This document shows, piece by piece, positions 18,894-29,302 of a DNA stretch of 64,000 nt. Numbering within the stretch: position 1 is the stretch's first letter; every line of letters begins with the position of its first letter. This DNA comes from Desulfurococcaceae archaeon (GTDB lineage: Archaea; Thermoproteota; Thermoprotei_A; Sulfolobales; Desulfurococcaceae): NCBI GenBank assembly GCA_020833225.1, contig JAJHQS010000003.1:2005-66004 (forward strand). Reading direction: 5' to 3'. Below the pieces are notes generated by a model, which did not search any database, was not told the DNA's origin, and saw only the letters and a list, made by a program, of their open reading frames with translations. The position numbers and the translations under genes are program-made.

Positions 18894-19769
18894 TTGGTGA
18901 GTGATAGTATGGAGATCTCTCGTGTCGTTGTTATAGGATTTGGAACTATGGGTACTGGTATAGCTCAGATCTTTGCACAAACAGGTTTTGAAGTTGTAGC
19001 TGTTGATCTAAGTGAAGACATACTCCGTAAGGGTATAGAGATTATAATTAGTGGCCCTTTTGGTTTAAAAAGATTGTTAGAAAAAGGTAAGATTACTGAG
19101 AGCCAGATGCAAGAGATTCTATCAAGAATTAAAACTACGACAAATCTAATTGAAGCAGCGAGATCAGCTGATTTCGCTATAGAGGCTGTTTTTGAGGATT
19201 TAGAAGTTAAGAAGAGGGTTTTTAAGGAATTAGATGCTCACGCGCCGAGACACGCTATATTAGCTAGTAATACATCTACACTTAGTATAACAGCTCTCGC
19301 TGCAGTAACTAATAGACCTGATAAAGTTATTGGTATGCACTTCTTTAATCCACCTCAAGTTATGAAATTAGTTGAAATTGTGAGAGGTCTTCAAACATCT
19401 GATGAGACTGTAGAATTGGCTAAGAAATTAGCTGAGAAGTTGGGAAAGGTCCCTGTGCTCTGCAAAGATGTTCCAGGTTTTATAGCTAATAGGATAGGTA
19501 TTATAGCGATACTAGAGGCTATAAGGCTATATGAGCAAGGTGTCGCATCAGCTAGAGATATAGATACTGCTATGAAACTAGGTTATAATTGGCCTATGGG
19601 CCCTCTAGAACTAGCCGACTTCATAGGATTAGATATACTTCTCAATATATCTGAAATACTGTATAAAGAGACTGGTAATTTAGCATATCACCCACCAACA
19701 ATACTTAGAAGACTAGTAACTGCAGGATATCTCGGCCGTAAGACTAATAGAGGTTTTTATACATATTAA
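18894..19769 (+). CDS. hbd: 3-hydroxyacyl/3-hydroxybutyryl-CoA dehydrogenase
   Basis: Rossmann motif VVVIGFGTMGTGIAQ and a C-terminal 3HCDH domain (GFIANRI, GYNWPMGPLELADFIGLD). An ATG at 18909 is a likely start. Confidence 0.9.
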   Translation: MVSDSMEISRVVVIGFGTMGTGIAQIFAQTGFEVVAVDLSEDILRKGIEIIISGPFGLKRLLEKGKITESQMQEILSRIKTTTNLIEAARSADFAIEAVFEDLEVKKRVFKELDAHAPRHAILASNTSTLSITALAAVTNRPDKVIGMHFFNPPQVMKLVEIVRGLQTSDETVELAKKLAEKLGKVPVLCKDVPGFIANRIGIIAILEAIRLYEQGVASARDIDTAMKLGYNWPMGPLELADFIGLDILLNISEILYKETGNLAYHPPTILRRLVTAGYLGRKTNRGFYTY

Positions 19770-19770
19770 G

Positions 19771-20565
19771 GTGTGCCCCTTGACCCTTGAGAGACCAAAA
19801 TACGTGAACTATGAGAAAAAAGATAGTATAGCAATAGTAACTCTAAATAGGCCAGAGAAGCTTAATGCTCTCTCTAGAGAAGTATTAATTGACCTATTAG
19901 AAACGCTGGAATCTGCAAGCAAAGATCCTGAGGTTAAAGTTATAGTTATAACTGGTGCTGGTAAGGCGTTTTGTGCTGGAGCTGATGTAGTCGAGTTCAC
20001 TAAGAGTTCAACAGAGATTAGAGAATTCATAGATCTAGGGCGTAGAGTATTTGAATTCTTGGAATCCCTCGAGAAACCAGTCATAGCGGCTGTCCATGGG
20101 TTTGCTCTTGGAGGAGGCTTTGAATTAGCCTTAGCATGCGACTTAATAATTGCTGCTGAAGGCTCTCAGCTAGGCTCACCTGAAATAAACCTGGGTATAA
20201 TACCAGGATGGGGTGCTACGCAGAAACTACTAATTACTTTAGGGCCATATAAAGCCCGAGAACTCATCATGCTCGGAGATAGGATTAGCGCTGAAGAGGC
20301 CTTAAAACTCGGTGTAGTTAATAAAGTTGTACCAGCTGATAAAGTTGTAGAAGAAGCTTTATTATTAGCTAAAAAACTAGCTGAGAAAAGCCCGGTAGCA
20401 TTATCTGCAGCTAAAAGTGTTTTAAACAAGAGTTTAAGAATTATGATGTCAACTGGGCTAGAAATTGAACGTAGCACATTTATAATTACGACATCTACCG
20501 AGGACGCTAAAGAAGGTATTAAAGCATTCTTAGAAAAGAGAAAACCACAATGGAAAGGTAAATAA
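19771..20565 (+). CDS. Enoyl-CoA hydratase (crotonase family)
   Basis: GAGKAFCAGADV and HGFALGGGFELALACD oxyanion-hole motifs. Confidence 0.9.
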   Translation: MCPLTLERPKYVNYEKKDSIAIVTLNRPEKLNALSREVLIDLLETLESASKDPEVKVIVITGAGKAFCAGADVVEFTKSSTEIREFIDLGRRVFEFLESLEKPVIAAVHGFALGGGFELALACDLIIAAEGSQLGSPEINLGIIPGWGATQKLLITLGPYKARELIMLGDRISAEEALKLGVVNKVVPADKVVEEALLLAKKLAEKSPVALSAAKSVLNKSLRIMMSTGLEIERSTFIITTSTEDAKEGIKAFLEKRKPQWKGK

Positions 20566-20716
20566 AATCTTTTTTATACACTTGATAAAACCTGATTACG
20601 AGTTTGCTAAGAGATCTCTAGTTAAATTATTGCTTGAAGTAGATATTGTATTGATATATTTAAATACTACTTGGTTACTTCTCTTAAAGTGGAATTTATT
20701 GATAGAGGTGTTTTGT

Positions 20717-21928
20717 ATGCCAGTAGATTTTGCAATTACAAAAGAGCAGGAGGAGCTTAAGGCTGTAGTTCGAGAGTTCTCGGAGAAGTATATTGCCCCA
20801 AGAGTTGTTGAATTTGAAGAGAAACAGATGATTCCACCAGAGATTATTAGAGAAATGGCTAGATTAGGGCTTTTTGGTGTTGTTATTCCAGATAAGTATG
20901 ATGGTTTAGGATTAGATCCAATTACAGCTGGGTTGGTGCTTGAAGAGATAGTTCGAGGAGATCCTGAGTGTTCTCTGGCTGTGACTTTCTTAGTTCATAC
21001 ATCCTGGGGTTATATAGCTTGTAAATATGGAAGTGAGGAGTTTAGAGAAGATGTAATAAGAAAGGCTGCTCGAGGAGATCTATGGATAGGAATAGCTACG
21101 ACAGAGCCTGGAGCTGGTTCAGATTTAACAGGTATATCAACGATTGCTAGGAGAGAGGGTAATGAATATGTTATCAATGGTGAGAAAGCATATATTTCTG
21201 GCGTTAGAGAGGCTAGAGAGAAGGGTACTTGGTTTAAAGAAGGCGGAGGTCACGTTACTTTAACTTATACAGATAAGAGTAAAGGTCATAGAGGAATGAC
21301 GTTCTTCTTTATACCTCTAACTCACCCAAAGATCACTACGAGATTAGAGAAAGAAATAGGTAGAAAGGGATGGTCTTTTGGCAGTTTCACTTTGAATGAT
21401 GTGAGGATTCCAGAGACATATAGAATTGGAGATGAAGGAAGAGGCTTTTATATTGCAATGGAAGGCTTTGATCACGCTAGAGCCTACATAGCATTAACTT
21501 GTGCAGTAGCAGCTAAGAGAGCAATAGAAATAGCTATTGATTATATAAAGCAGAGGAGGGCTTTTGGACAACCCATAGCTAAATTCCAAGGAGTACAATT
21601 CCAACTAGCTACTAATTGGTCTAGGCTTGAAGCTGCCCATGCATTAGCCTATAAAGCTCTATGGGCTTTGAAAATGGAGCAAGAAGGTAAAATTGGTAGG
21701 TTTGAAGTAACTAAAATAGTTGCATCAGCCAAACTCTTCGCTGTTGAGACAGCTAAAATGGCCTTGGATGATGCTATGAGGTGGATGGGGGCTTTTGGGT
21801 ATACTGAAGAAAACCCAGTAGCACTAGCGTGGAAGGCTGTTAAGAGCTATGATTGGGCTGAAGGTTCTTCAGACATTATGAGGCTTATAGTAGCTAGAGA
21901 GCTTCTAGGCAGGGAGTATATTAAGTAG
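20717..21928 (+). CDS. Acyl-CoA (butyryl-CoA-type) dehydrogenase
   Basis: ORF 20582..21928. The real start is likely ATG 20717 (MPVDFAITKEQEEL) after GAGGTG. Contains the ATTEPGAGSDL motif and ACAD C-terminal helices. Confidence 0.9.
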   Translation: MPVDFAITKEQEELKAVVREFSEKYIAPRVVEFEEKQMIPPEIIREMARLGLFGVVIPDKYDGLGLDPITAGLVLEEIVRGDPECSLAVTFLVHTSWGYIACKYGSEEFREDVIRKAARGDLWIGIATTEPGAGSDLTGISTIARREGNEYVINGEKAYISGVREAREKGTWFKEGGGHVTLTYTDKSKGHRGMTFFFIPLTHPKITTRLEKEIGRKGWSFGSFTLNDVRIPETYRIGDEGRGFYIAMEGFDHARAYIALTCAVAAKRAIEIAIDYIKQRRAFGQPIAKFQGVQFQLATNWSRLEAAHALAYKALWALKMEQEGKIGRFEVTKIVASAKLFAVETAKMALDDAMRWMGAFGYTEENPVALAWKAVKSYDWAEGSSDIMRLIVARELLGREYIK

Positions 21929-21976
21929 TATTAGTGGCAAATAATTTTTTATTTAAGTAAATTAAAGGGTTCTGAG

Positions 21977-22834
21977 GTGTTCATAGTGGTTACAGTTAAC
22001 TCTAAGCAAAATCCCTCTAGTGAACGGCTTAATATAGTAGTTTTAGTAAAGCCTGTTCCAGACCCTAAAGAGCCTCCAAAGTTTAAGCCTGATGGTACTC
22101 TTGATAGGTTATCAATGAAGCTTGTTATGAATCCCTATGATAAATATGCTGTTGAAGCCGCTTTACAACTCAGAGAAGCTTTAGGTGGTATTGTTATTGG
22201 TGTTTCTATGGCTCCTCCACACGCTATAGATGCTCTTAGAGAAGCTTTAGCTATGGGGGTTGATGAGTTTATTTTACTCAGTGATCCAAGGTTAGCTGGG
22301 TCAGATACCTTAGCTACCTCTTACGCACTCAGCATGGTAGTAAAAAAACTCTGGAGTAAGCTGGGTAAAGTAGATTTAGTTTTATGTGGTGTTGAATCAT
22401 CTGATAGTAATACTGCCCACATAGGTCCCGAGGTAGCGGAGTGGTTAGGGCTTCCAAGCGTCTCATATGTTGATAAGATATTAGAAGTGAGTGGGGGGTA
22501 TGTTAAAGTTAAAAAGCTAATTGAAGGTGGTTATATGGTTATTAGAGTTAAAATGCCAGCTGTGTTAACTATAGCTGGTACTAGTTATACGCCACGTATA
22601 CCTACACTACGTGATGTAATTACAGCTAGGAGAAAACAAATAACTACGTTGAATGCTGATGACGTCTCTATAGACACATCTAAAGTAGGGCTCTTAGGTT
22701 CTCCAACGAGAGTTATTAAAATGTGGGCTGCAGAAATTAAGAGAAGAGGTAAGATATTTACTGATACAGACATTGATAGGCTTATAGATAACTTCCTCGC
22801 AGAGCTCAGAAAAGATGGTGTAAAGTTAAAGTAA
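21977..22834 (+). CDS. etfB: Electron transfer flavoprotein beta subunit
   Basis: IVVLVKPVPDP, MNPYDKYAVEAALQLRE and VLCGVESSDSNTAHIGPEVAEWLGLP are typical of EtfB. Confidence 0.9.
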   Translation: MFIVVTVNSKQNPSSERLNIVVLVKPVPDPKEPPKFKPDGTLDRLSMKLVMNPYDKYAVEAALQLREALGGIVIGVSMAPPHAIDALREALAMGVDEFILLSDPRLAGSDTLATSYALSMVVKKLWSKLGKVDLVLCGVESSDSNTAHIGPEVAEWLGLPSVSYVDKILEVSGGYVKVKKLIEGGYMVIRVKMPAVLTIAGTSYTPRIPTLRDVITARRKQITTLNADDVSIDTSKVGLLGSPTRVIKMWAAEIKRRGKIFTDTDIDRLIDNFLAELRKDGVKLK

Positions 22835-22843
22835 TAATTCGAG

Positions 22844-23866
22844 ATGAGTGTAATGAGTAAAATCTTTGTTTACGCCGAAGTAGTAGAAGAGGGTATAGCA
22901 GAGCCTTCTTTAGAGCTTATAGGGAGAGCTAGAGAATTAGCTGATAAACATGGATTTTCAGTAAGTGCTATGTTAGTAGGTTTTGGTGTTCGTAAATTAG
23001 CTGATGAATTGATTTATCGTGGAGCTAGTGAAGTTCACGTAGTTGATAATGAGGTGCTTTCAAAATATAATCTCTTATTCTACACTAGAGCTATTGTAGA
23101 AGTAGTTGAAAACGAGAAACCTGATATATTCCTATTTCCTGCTACAACTACTGGTAGAGAATTAGCGCCTAGGGTGGCAGCAAGACTAGGTACAGGGATA
23201 ACAGCGGATTGTACAGCTATTGAAATAGGTGATTATGTAGATCCTATTACTGGTAAAAAATATGAGAAATTACTTTACCAAATAAGACCTACTTTTGGAG
23301 GAACAATTATGGCGGCTATAGTAACACCTAATCATAGGCCTCAAATGGCTACTGTAAGACCAGGTGTTTACTCAGTGCCACCTAGAGATACTAGTAGGTC
23401 TGGCAGAATTAAGGAGTGGACTATAGATTTCTCTGAGGAAGATGTTGGATGCTTAGAGGTCTTAGAGGTTAAAAGAGAGAGGAGAAAGGTTGATTTGAGA
23501 TCAGCTAAGATTATTGTTTCAGGTGGTAGGGGGGCTAGACCTGAAGGTTTTAAATTAATAAGAGAATTAGCTGAACTCTTAGGGGGTGAAGTAGGGGCAT
23601 CACGTGCAGCTGTAGATGCCGGCTGGATATCTTATGATCACCAGGTGGGCTTAACAGGTCAAACAGTTAAGCCAGATATATACATAGCAGTTGGGATTTC
23701 TGGCGCTATACAACACGTAGTTGGAATGAAAGATTCTAAGATAATTATAGCTATAAATAAAGATCCTGAAGCCCCCATATTTAGAATAGCTGATTACGGC
23801 CTAGTAGGAGATCTATTCGTAATTATACCAAAGCTTATAGAGAGATTGAAGGTAGCCAAGTCGTAG
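22844..23866 (+). CDS. etfA: Electron transfer flavoprotein alpha subunit
   Basis: C-terminal FAD-binding block VSGGRGA...ASRAAVDAGW...QVGLTGQTVKPDIYIAVGISGAIQHVVGM. Confidence 0.9.
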   Translation: MSVMSKIFVYAEVVEEGIAEPSLELIGRARELADKHGFSVSAMLVGFGVRKLADELIYRGASEVHVVDNEVLSKYNLLFYTRAIVEVVENEKPDIFLFPATTTGRELAPRVAARLGTGITADCTAIEIGDYVDPITGKKYEKLLYQIRPTFGGTIMAAIVTPNHRPQMATVRPGVYSVPPRDTSRSGRIKEWTIDFSEEDVGCLEVLEVKRERRKVDLRSAKIIVSGGRGARPEGFKLIRELAELLGGEVGASRAAVDAGWISYDHQVGLTGQTVKPDIYIAVGISGAIQHVVGMKDSKIIIAINKDPEAPIFRIADYGLVGDLFVIIPKLIERLKVAKS

Positions 23867-23899
23867 TTTATTAATTGTAAATAATGAGGTTTATATTGG

Positions 23900-25099
23900 G
23901 TGTTAGAGTTGTTAGTTAAATATAGAGGAGTAGTAGTACTTGGAGCTTTTAGAACTCCTATAGGCCGCTTCGGCGGGGCTTTTAAAGACCTAACACCTGT
24001 GCAGTTAGCTTCAATAGTGATACGTGAAGCTTTATCAAAATTACAATTGAAGGGTTCAGATGTAGAGTTAATTGTTGTTGGACAGGTTTTAAGGGGGGGT
24101 GCTGGGCAACTTACAGCTAAGCAGATTGCTATGACTGCTGGTTTACCGAGTAATATCCAAGCGGTTAATGTAGATCATGTTTGTTCTTCAGCTATGGAGG
24201 CTGTACATTTAGCAGCTCTTCACATATCATATGGTGTAGTTAAATTAGCTATAGCAGGTGGCGTAGAGAGTATGAGTTATGCACCCCTATTACTTCCTAG
24301 TGGAGTTAGGTGGGGGGTTAAACACTTAACTCATAGGAAATTCGAGGTATTAGATTCTATGATCCTAGATGGTCTTACAGATCCATTTAGCAATTTACAC
24401 ATGGGTGTTATAGCTGATGAATATGCGAAAAAAATTGGAGCTACTCGAGAAGAACTCGATGTAGTAGCATATGAGAGTCATGTGAGGGCTATTAAGGCTA
24501 CAGATGAAGGTTACTTTAAGAATGAAATAGTACCTGTTAAGACATCTATAGGAGAGGTTTTAGTAGATGAGGGTATAAGGAGAGATGTAAGTCTTGAAAA
24601 ACTAGCTAATTTACCCCCAGTATTTACTACAAATGGCTTACATACTGCTGGAAACTCTTCACAACTAAGTGATGGGGCAGCTTTCTTAGTCTTAGCTGAA
24701 GAGGAGTGGGCTAAGGGGCTTGGATTTAAACCCCTAGCTAGGCTTCTTGGCTACTCCTCAGTAGATGGTGATCCAAGGGAGTTTATAGGAATGCCTCCTA
24801 AAGCTGTTATAGAGTTATTAAAAGGATTCTCAATCTCACTTAAAGACATTGACTTATTTGAGAATAATGAGGCTTTTGCTGTGTCAACTATTGCTTTTGA
24901 AAAAGCTCTTGGAGTAAGTAGAGATAAGCTAAATATATTTGGAGGTGCTATAGCTCTAGGTCACCCAATAGGAGCTACTGGAGCACGAATATTAGTAACA
25001 TTAATTAATGCCCTTAAAACCCTAGGTAAAAAGATTGGTATAGCATCACTATGTCATGGTAGTGGAGGCGCTACAGCATCATTAATTGAAGTAACGTAA
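23900..25099 (+). CDS. Acetyl-CoA C-acetyltransferase (thiolase II type)
   Basis: Catalytic Cys region NVDHVCSSAMEAV, plus NEAFA, GGAIALGHPIGATGARI and CHGSGGATA. Confidence 0.9.
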   Translation: MLELLVKYRGVVVLGAFRTPIGRFGGAFKDLTPVQLASIVIREALSKLQLKGSDVELIVVGQVLRGGAGQLTAKQIAMTAGLPSNIQAVNVDHVCSSAMEAVHLAALHISYGVVKLAIAGGVESMSYAPLLLPSGVRWGVKHLTHRKFEVLDSMILDGLTDPFSNLHMGVIADEYAKKIGATREELDVVAYESHVRAIKATDEGYFKNEIVPVKTSIGEVLVDEGIRRDVSLEKLANLPPVFTTNGLHTAGNSSQLSDGAAFLVLAEEEWAKGLGFKPLARLLGYSSVDGDPREFIGMPPKAVIELLKGFSISLKDIDLFENNEAFAVSTIAFEKALGVSRDKLNIFGGAIALGHPIGATGARILVTLINALKTLGKKIGIASLCHGSGGATASLIEVT

Positions 25100-25301
25100 C
25101 TTTTTGAACACTTCTAATCAGCTTCCTCTAATTTAAATAAGTCCTCTGAATTTTACGTATTTTGTTTAATCCTAATTAAACTCTATAACACACAAAATTG
25201 ATATTAGTGAGAACCTGTGAGAGAATATTGAGGAATAGAAATTACATAGTTATGATAAAATATTTAATTTTTAATAACTAATTCTAAGCAGGGTTTAGAA
25301 T

Positions 25302-25496
25302 ATGTGTGAGTCAAATGTCTATTTAATTGATGTAGATGGTGAAAAGCTTATTGCTAAAGAAATAGCTCTTATGACTCCTAAGCAAAATGGCTATGTCTTT
25401 ACTGATATTTATGGTAATAGATATGATATTGATGATGTTGAAATAGCCTATATTGATTTCATAGGGCATAAAGTTGTATTGAGGAAAAGGGGCTAG
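25302..25496 (+). CDS. cooT: CooT-family nickel-binding CODH accessory protein
   Basis: 64 aa beginning MCESN (the invariant Cys2 of CooT). Directly upstream of cooC and cdhA. Confidence 0.65.
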   Translation: MCESNVYLIDVDGEKLIAKEIALMTPKQNGYVFTDIYGNRYDIDDVEIAYIDFIGHKVVLRKRG

Positions 25497-25499
25497 GTA

Positions 25500-26276
25500 T
25501 TGAAGATTATTGTTATCGGGAAAGGTGGTGTTGGAAAAACTACTATAGCTGCTTGTTTAGCTAGGTTAATTGGGAGGAGTGGTTATAGTGTTATAGCTGT
25601 TGACGCTGATCCTAGTTTAAACCTCGCACGAGCTTTAGGTCTAGATCCTATGGTTGCTAATTCTAAGCCCGTGCTCTTTGACGAGGAGTTTATAAAGGAG
25701 AGAACTCTTTTACCCAGTGGAGCTTACAGGCTAAACCCGAGAGTAGATGATGTTGTAGAGATGTATGGTGTAAAAGCACCCGACAATGTCACACTACTAA
25801 AACTAGGCTATGTGAAGAAGGGTGGTACTAGGTGTCTCTGCCCAGAGTATGCGTTTTTACGAGCACTCCTCTCACATTTAATTCTTGGTAGGAGAGATGT
25901 GGTTATAGTAGATATGGTTGCGGGATTAGAGCCTATGAGTAGAGGTGTTGCTAGGGGAGTAGATTTATTAATGTGTATTACAGAGCCTACAGTTAAATCT
26001 ATAGATGTTACACGAGAAATCTATAGGTTATCTAGAGACCTTGGCGTTAAAAACTTCGTTGTCGTGGGGAATAAAGTATTCTCAGATGAAGATAGAGTGT
26101 TTATTGAGAAATCTCTTATTGGAATAGAAGTCTTAGGGCATATACCCTATGATGAAAGTGTAGTTAAAGCAGATAGGTTAGGTATATCTATTTTGGATTA
26201 CAATTCAAATTCACCTATGATTGTAGAGTTAAATAAGATAAAAGAGCTTATTCTCAAGAACTATTTTTACCCTTAA
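25500..26276 (+). CDS. cooC: CooC-type Ni-insertion ATPase for CODH (copy 1)
   Basis: Deviant Walker A GKGGVGKTT, DADPSLNL, and the metal-binding CxC (TRCLCPE). Confidence 0.85.
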   Translation: MKIIVIGKGGVGKTTIAACLARLIGRSGYSVIAVDADPSLNLARALGLDPMVANSKPVLFDEEFIKERTLLPSGAYRLNPRVDDVVEMYGVKAPDNVTLLKLGYVKKGGTRCLCPEYAFLRALLSHLILGRRDVVIVDMVAGLEPMSRGVARGVDLLMCITEPTVKSIDVTREIYRLSRDLGVKNFVVVGNKVFSDEDRVFIEKSLIGIEVLGHIPYDESVVKADRLGISILDYNSNSPMIVELNKIKELILKNYFYP

Positions 26277-26362
26277 GAAAACTGTATCTCAGCATATATA
26301 GTGTTCTTTAAGACATATCTAATTGGTCTTTTTTAACCTCTACTGAAATAACAGAGTTATCG

Positions 26363-28750
26363 GTGTATATAGTGTCTATACCGTTTAAGGATATTAGGGT
26401 TAAAATTGATGAGTTGAAAAGTCCCTTTGCCGAGCTTAAAAGCATTGATCTAAGTATTGGCTATGTTGTTGAAGAGTGGGAAGAGCCGCCAGGTCCTACG
26501 CCATTTCCTTCGATTGTGACGCTTAGGAGATGGGATCATACGTTATTGAATAGGTATAAGCCTTTATATCTACCATACTGTGATCTATGTTGTCTTTGTA
26601 CATATGGTAGGTGTGATTTAACGAGAGGGAAGAGGGGTTCTTGTGGATTAAATCTATCAGAGCAACAGTCGAGACTAGTGACACTAGTGTGTTCAATAGG
26701 TGCTTCAACACATACTAGTCATGCTAGAGAATTATTAGATAAACTCATTGAGAAATATGGTGAAGACTGGCCTATAGATCTCGGCGGAGAAGTCTACGTG
26801 GAAATGCCTATAACTAGGCTAGTAACAGGCGTTAAACCGAGAACTCTGAGAGATTTAAAAGTAGTATTAGAATACGTTGAGAGACAGATTGTTCAAACAC
26901 TTGCAAGTGTTCATACTGGTCAAGAAGGGGATCTAGTAGATTACGAGTCGAAAGTGCTGCATCTCGGTATGTTAGATCATGTGGCATTGGAGGTGGCTGA
27001 TGTTGTTCAAATAGTAACTCTAGGTTTCCCTAAAGCTGATCCCGAGTCTCCACTAGTAGATCTAGGTATTGGTACAGTAGATATATCAAAACCAATAATT
27101 CTAGTTATAGGTCACAATGTCCTGCCCTCAACAGCCATAATAGATTATCTTGAAGAAACAGGGCAGAGAAATAGAGTTGAAGTTGTAGGGCTTTGTTGTA
27201 CAGCCCATGAGATAACACGCTATGAGAAGAAGAGAGCTAGAATTGTTGGACCAATATCATGGCAATTGAGATTTATAAGGACAGGTATACCTGACGTTAT
27301 TGTTATTGATGAGCAATGTATATATACAAATATCGTTGAAGAAGCTAAGAAAATTGGGGCTGTGGTTTTAGCAGCTTCAGATAAGGCTTTAAGGGGGCTT
27401 CCAGATAGAACACATTCCCCTCCTGAGAGTGTTATAGAAGAACTTGTTTCAGGTAAGATATCAGGTGCTGTTATATTAGATGAAGATAAACTCGCAATAG
27501 TAGCTGTTGAAACAGCATTTAAACTAGCACCACTAAGAGTTAAATATAAGTGGAATTTATTTGACGAGAAGACTATCATTGAATATGCTAAGAAATGTGC
27601 AGGATGTAGAAATTGCGAGAGGAATTGCCCACAGAACTTACCAATATCAGTAGCATTACAGAGAGCGGCGAGAGGAGATCTCTCGTCTCTGAAAACTCTA
27701 TATAGTAAGTGTTTCGCGTGTAGAAGATGTGAATACGTGTGTCCTAGAGAAATACCTGTATTATCCTTGATCTTAGCTGCATCTAGAGAAATATTAATTA
27801 ATGAGAGATATAAGTGTAGAGCTGGCAGAGGACCGATACAAGACACAGAGATCAGGGCTGTTGGTAGAGATATTGTTTTAGGCACAATACCTGGAGTTGT
27901 TGCTTTTGTGGGGTGTGCTAATTGGCCTGATGGAGCTCAAGACGTAGCTGAAATGGTGAGAGAGTTTGCATCAAGAAGATATATTGTTACAGCTTCTGGT
28001 TGTTCAGCTATGGCAACGGCGATGTATAAGAATGAAGAGGGTCAAACACCCTACGAGGAGTTTTCCGGAGTTTTTGAGGCAGGTGGTGTTGTTAATGTAG
28101 GTTCTTGTGTTGCTAATTCACACATAGCTGGTGCGGCAATAAAGATCGCAAATATATTTGCTAAACTACCACTAAGAGCTAATTATGCTGAAATAGCTGA
28201 TTACATTTTAAATAGAGTTGGAGCTGTTGGAGTTGCATGGGGTGCTATGAGCCAAAAGGCGGCAGCTATAGCCTCTGGTTTCTGGAGACTTGGTGTACCT
28301 GTTATTGTAGGTCCTCACGGTATGAAATACAGGAGGATGTTACTTGGAGACGTAGAGAATGAAGATGCATGGTATGGATATGACGCTATGACTGGCGAGA
28401 GAGTCTGGCTTGGCCCAGCTCCAGCACACTTATTCTATGCTGCTGAGTCTAAGGAGGAAGCAATGGTCATGATAACTAAGTTATGTATAAGACCCGCTGA
28501 TACACCCCAAGGTAGAGCTATAAAACTAACAAATTACGTGTCTCTATATAAGAAGTTCTATGGAGACGACAAATTACCACCAGACATACACCTATATGTT
28601 AGAACTGAAGGAGATATTCCAGTACCTTATAGAGATGAAATTTTGACGCATCTAAGAGAAGTAGGGTGGAGAGAAAAACCAGTTGTTCAAAACCCCACAT
28701 TACTTGAAGATATTGTCGAGGTGTATAAGCGTAGAAGAGAGGGAAGATAA
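26363..28750 (+). CDS. cdhA: Acetyl-CoA decarbonylase/synthase alpha subunit (CODH catalytic subunit)
   Basis: 795 aa. N-terminal Cys clusters and an inserted 2x[4Fe-4S] ferredoxin module (CAGCRNCERNCP ... CFACRRCEYVCP). Followed by cdhB-E. Confidence 0.9.
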   Translation: MYIVSIPFKDIRVKIDELKSPFAELKSIDLSIGYVVEEWEEPPGPTPFPSIVTLRRWDHTLLNRYKPLYLPYCDLCCLCTYGRCDLTRGKRGSCGLNLSEQQSRLVTLVCSIGASTHTSHARELLDKLIEKYGEDWPIDLGGEVYVEMPITRLVTGVKPRTLRDLKVVLEYVERQIVQTLASVHTGQEGDLVDYESKVLHLGMLDHVALEVADVVQIVTLGFPKADPESPLVDLGIGTVDISKPIILVIGHNVLPSTAIIDYLEETGQRNRVEVVGLCCTAHEITRYEKKRARIVGPISWQLRFIRTGIPDVIVIDEQCIYTNIVEEAKKIGAVVLAASDKALRGLPDRTHSPPESVIEELVSGKISGAVILDEDKLAIVAVETAFKLAPLRVKYKWNLFDEKTIIEYAKKCAGCRNCERNCPQNLPISVALQRAARGDLSSLKTLYSKCFACRRCEYVCPREIPVLSLILAASREILINERYKCRAGRGPIQDTEIRAVGRDIVLGTIPGVVAFVGCANWPDGAQDVAEMVREFASRRYIVTASGCSAMATAMYKNEEGQTPYEEFSGVFEAGGVVNVGSCVANSHIAGAAIKIANIFAKLPLRANYAEIADYILNRVGAVGVAWGAMSQKAAAIASGFWRLGVPVIVGPHGMKYRRMLLGDVENEDAWYGYDAMTGERVWLGPAPAHLFYAAESKEEAMVMITKLCIRPADTPQGRAIKLTNYVSLYKKFYGDDKLPPDIHLYVRTEGDIPVPYRDEILTHLREVGWREKPVVQNPTLLEDIVEVYKRRREGR

Positions 28751-28752
28751 CT

Positions 28753-29277
28753 GTGGCGTTAGAGTATTGGCTTTACGGAGATATTCCTCCAGGACCAATA
28801 AAAGCTTATGTAATTACAGATATTAGACACGTGCCAGATATCATTAAGAAGTATAAGACGAAACTGCTCGCGATAGGGTCAAATATAGTAAAGCTATGTG
28901 AACTTACATCACTAGACCTTGTGGATAAATTAATATCAATAGCAGAGAGCTCTAATGCATTAATATCAACGTCTTCGCCAATCGTTGTAAAAGCCCTTGA
29001 TAAAAGAGGTGTTAAAAACTACGAGATAGCGTTTCCACTTGAAGTAGCACAGAGGATTTTAAAGAGGAATGTAGAATTAGTAATGTTTGTAGGTTATCCA
29101 TACGCATATGAGTGGTTACTTCTAAATTACCTTAAACACTATGTACCAAACACTAAGACGCTGAGTCTAGAGCCCTATTCTCAGCCAAATGCCACGTGGA
29201 CTTTTACATCACTACCTCTATCACTGTGGTATAAAAATATCTATAATTTAGAGGAGTTGCTTAAAAAGAGTATGTAG
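28753..29277 (+). CDS. cdhB: Acetyl-CoA decarbonylase/synthase epsilon subunit
   Basis: 174 aa. Size and position immediately after cdhA fit. Confidence 0.75.
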   Translation: MALEYWLYGDIPPGPIKAYVITDIRHVPDIIKKYKTKLLAIGSNIVKLCELTSLDLVDKLISIAESSNALISTSSPIVVKALDKRGVKNYEIAFPLEVAQRILKRNVELVMFVGYPYAYEWLLLNYLKHYVPNTKTLSLEPYSQPNATWTFTSLPLSLWYKNIYNLEELLKKSM

Positions 29278-29302
29278 ATAAGTAGAGACATGGTGAAAAG
29301 TA

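Noticed and set aside
20582-20716. 45-codon N-terminal extension of the acyl-CoA dehydrogenase ORF
   Set aside because: The extension is hydrophobic and low-complexity (LLLEVDIVLIYLNTTWLLLLKW). A GAGGTG ribosome-binding site sits just before ATG 20717, which begins a canonical ACAD N-terminus.
27220-27885. 221-aa minus-strand ORF inside cdhA
   Set aside because: It is antisense to a motif-rich CdhA region (the ferredoxin insert) and has no recognisable motifs of its own. It is a shadow ORF.
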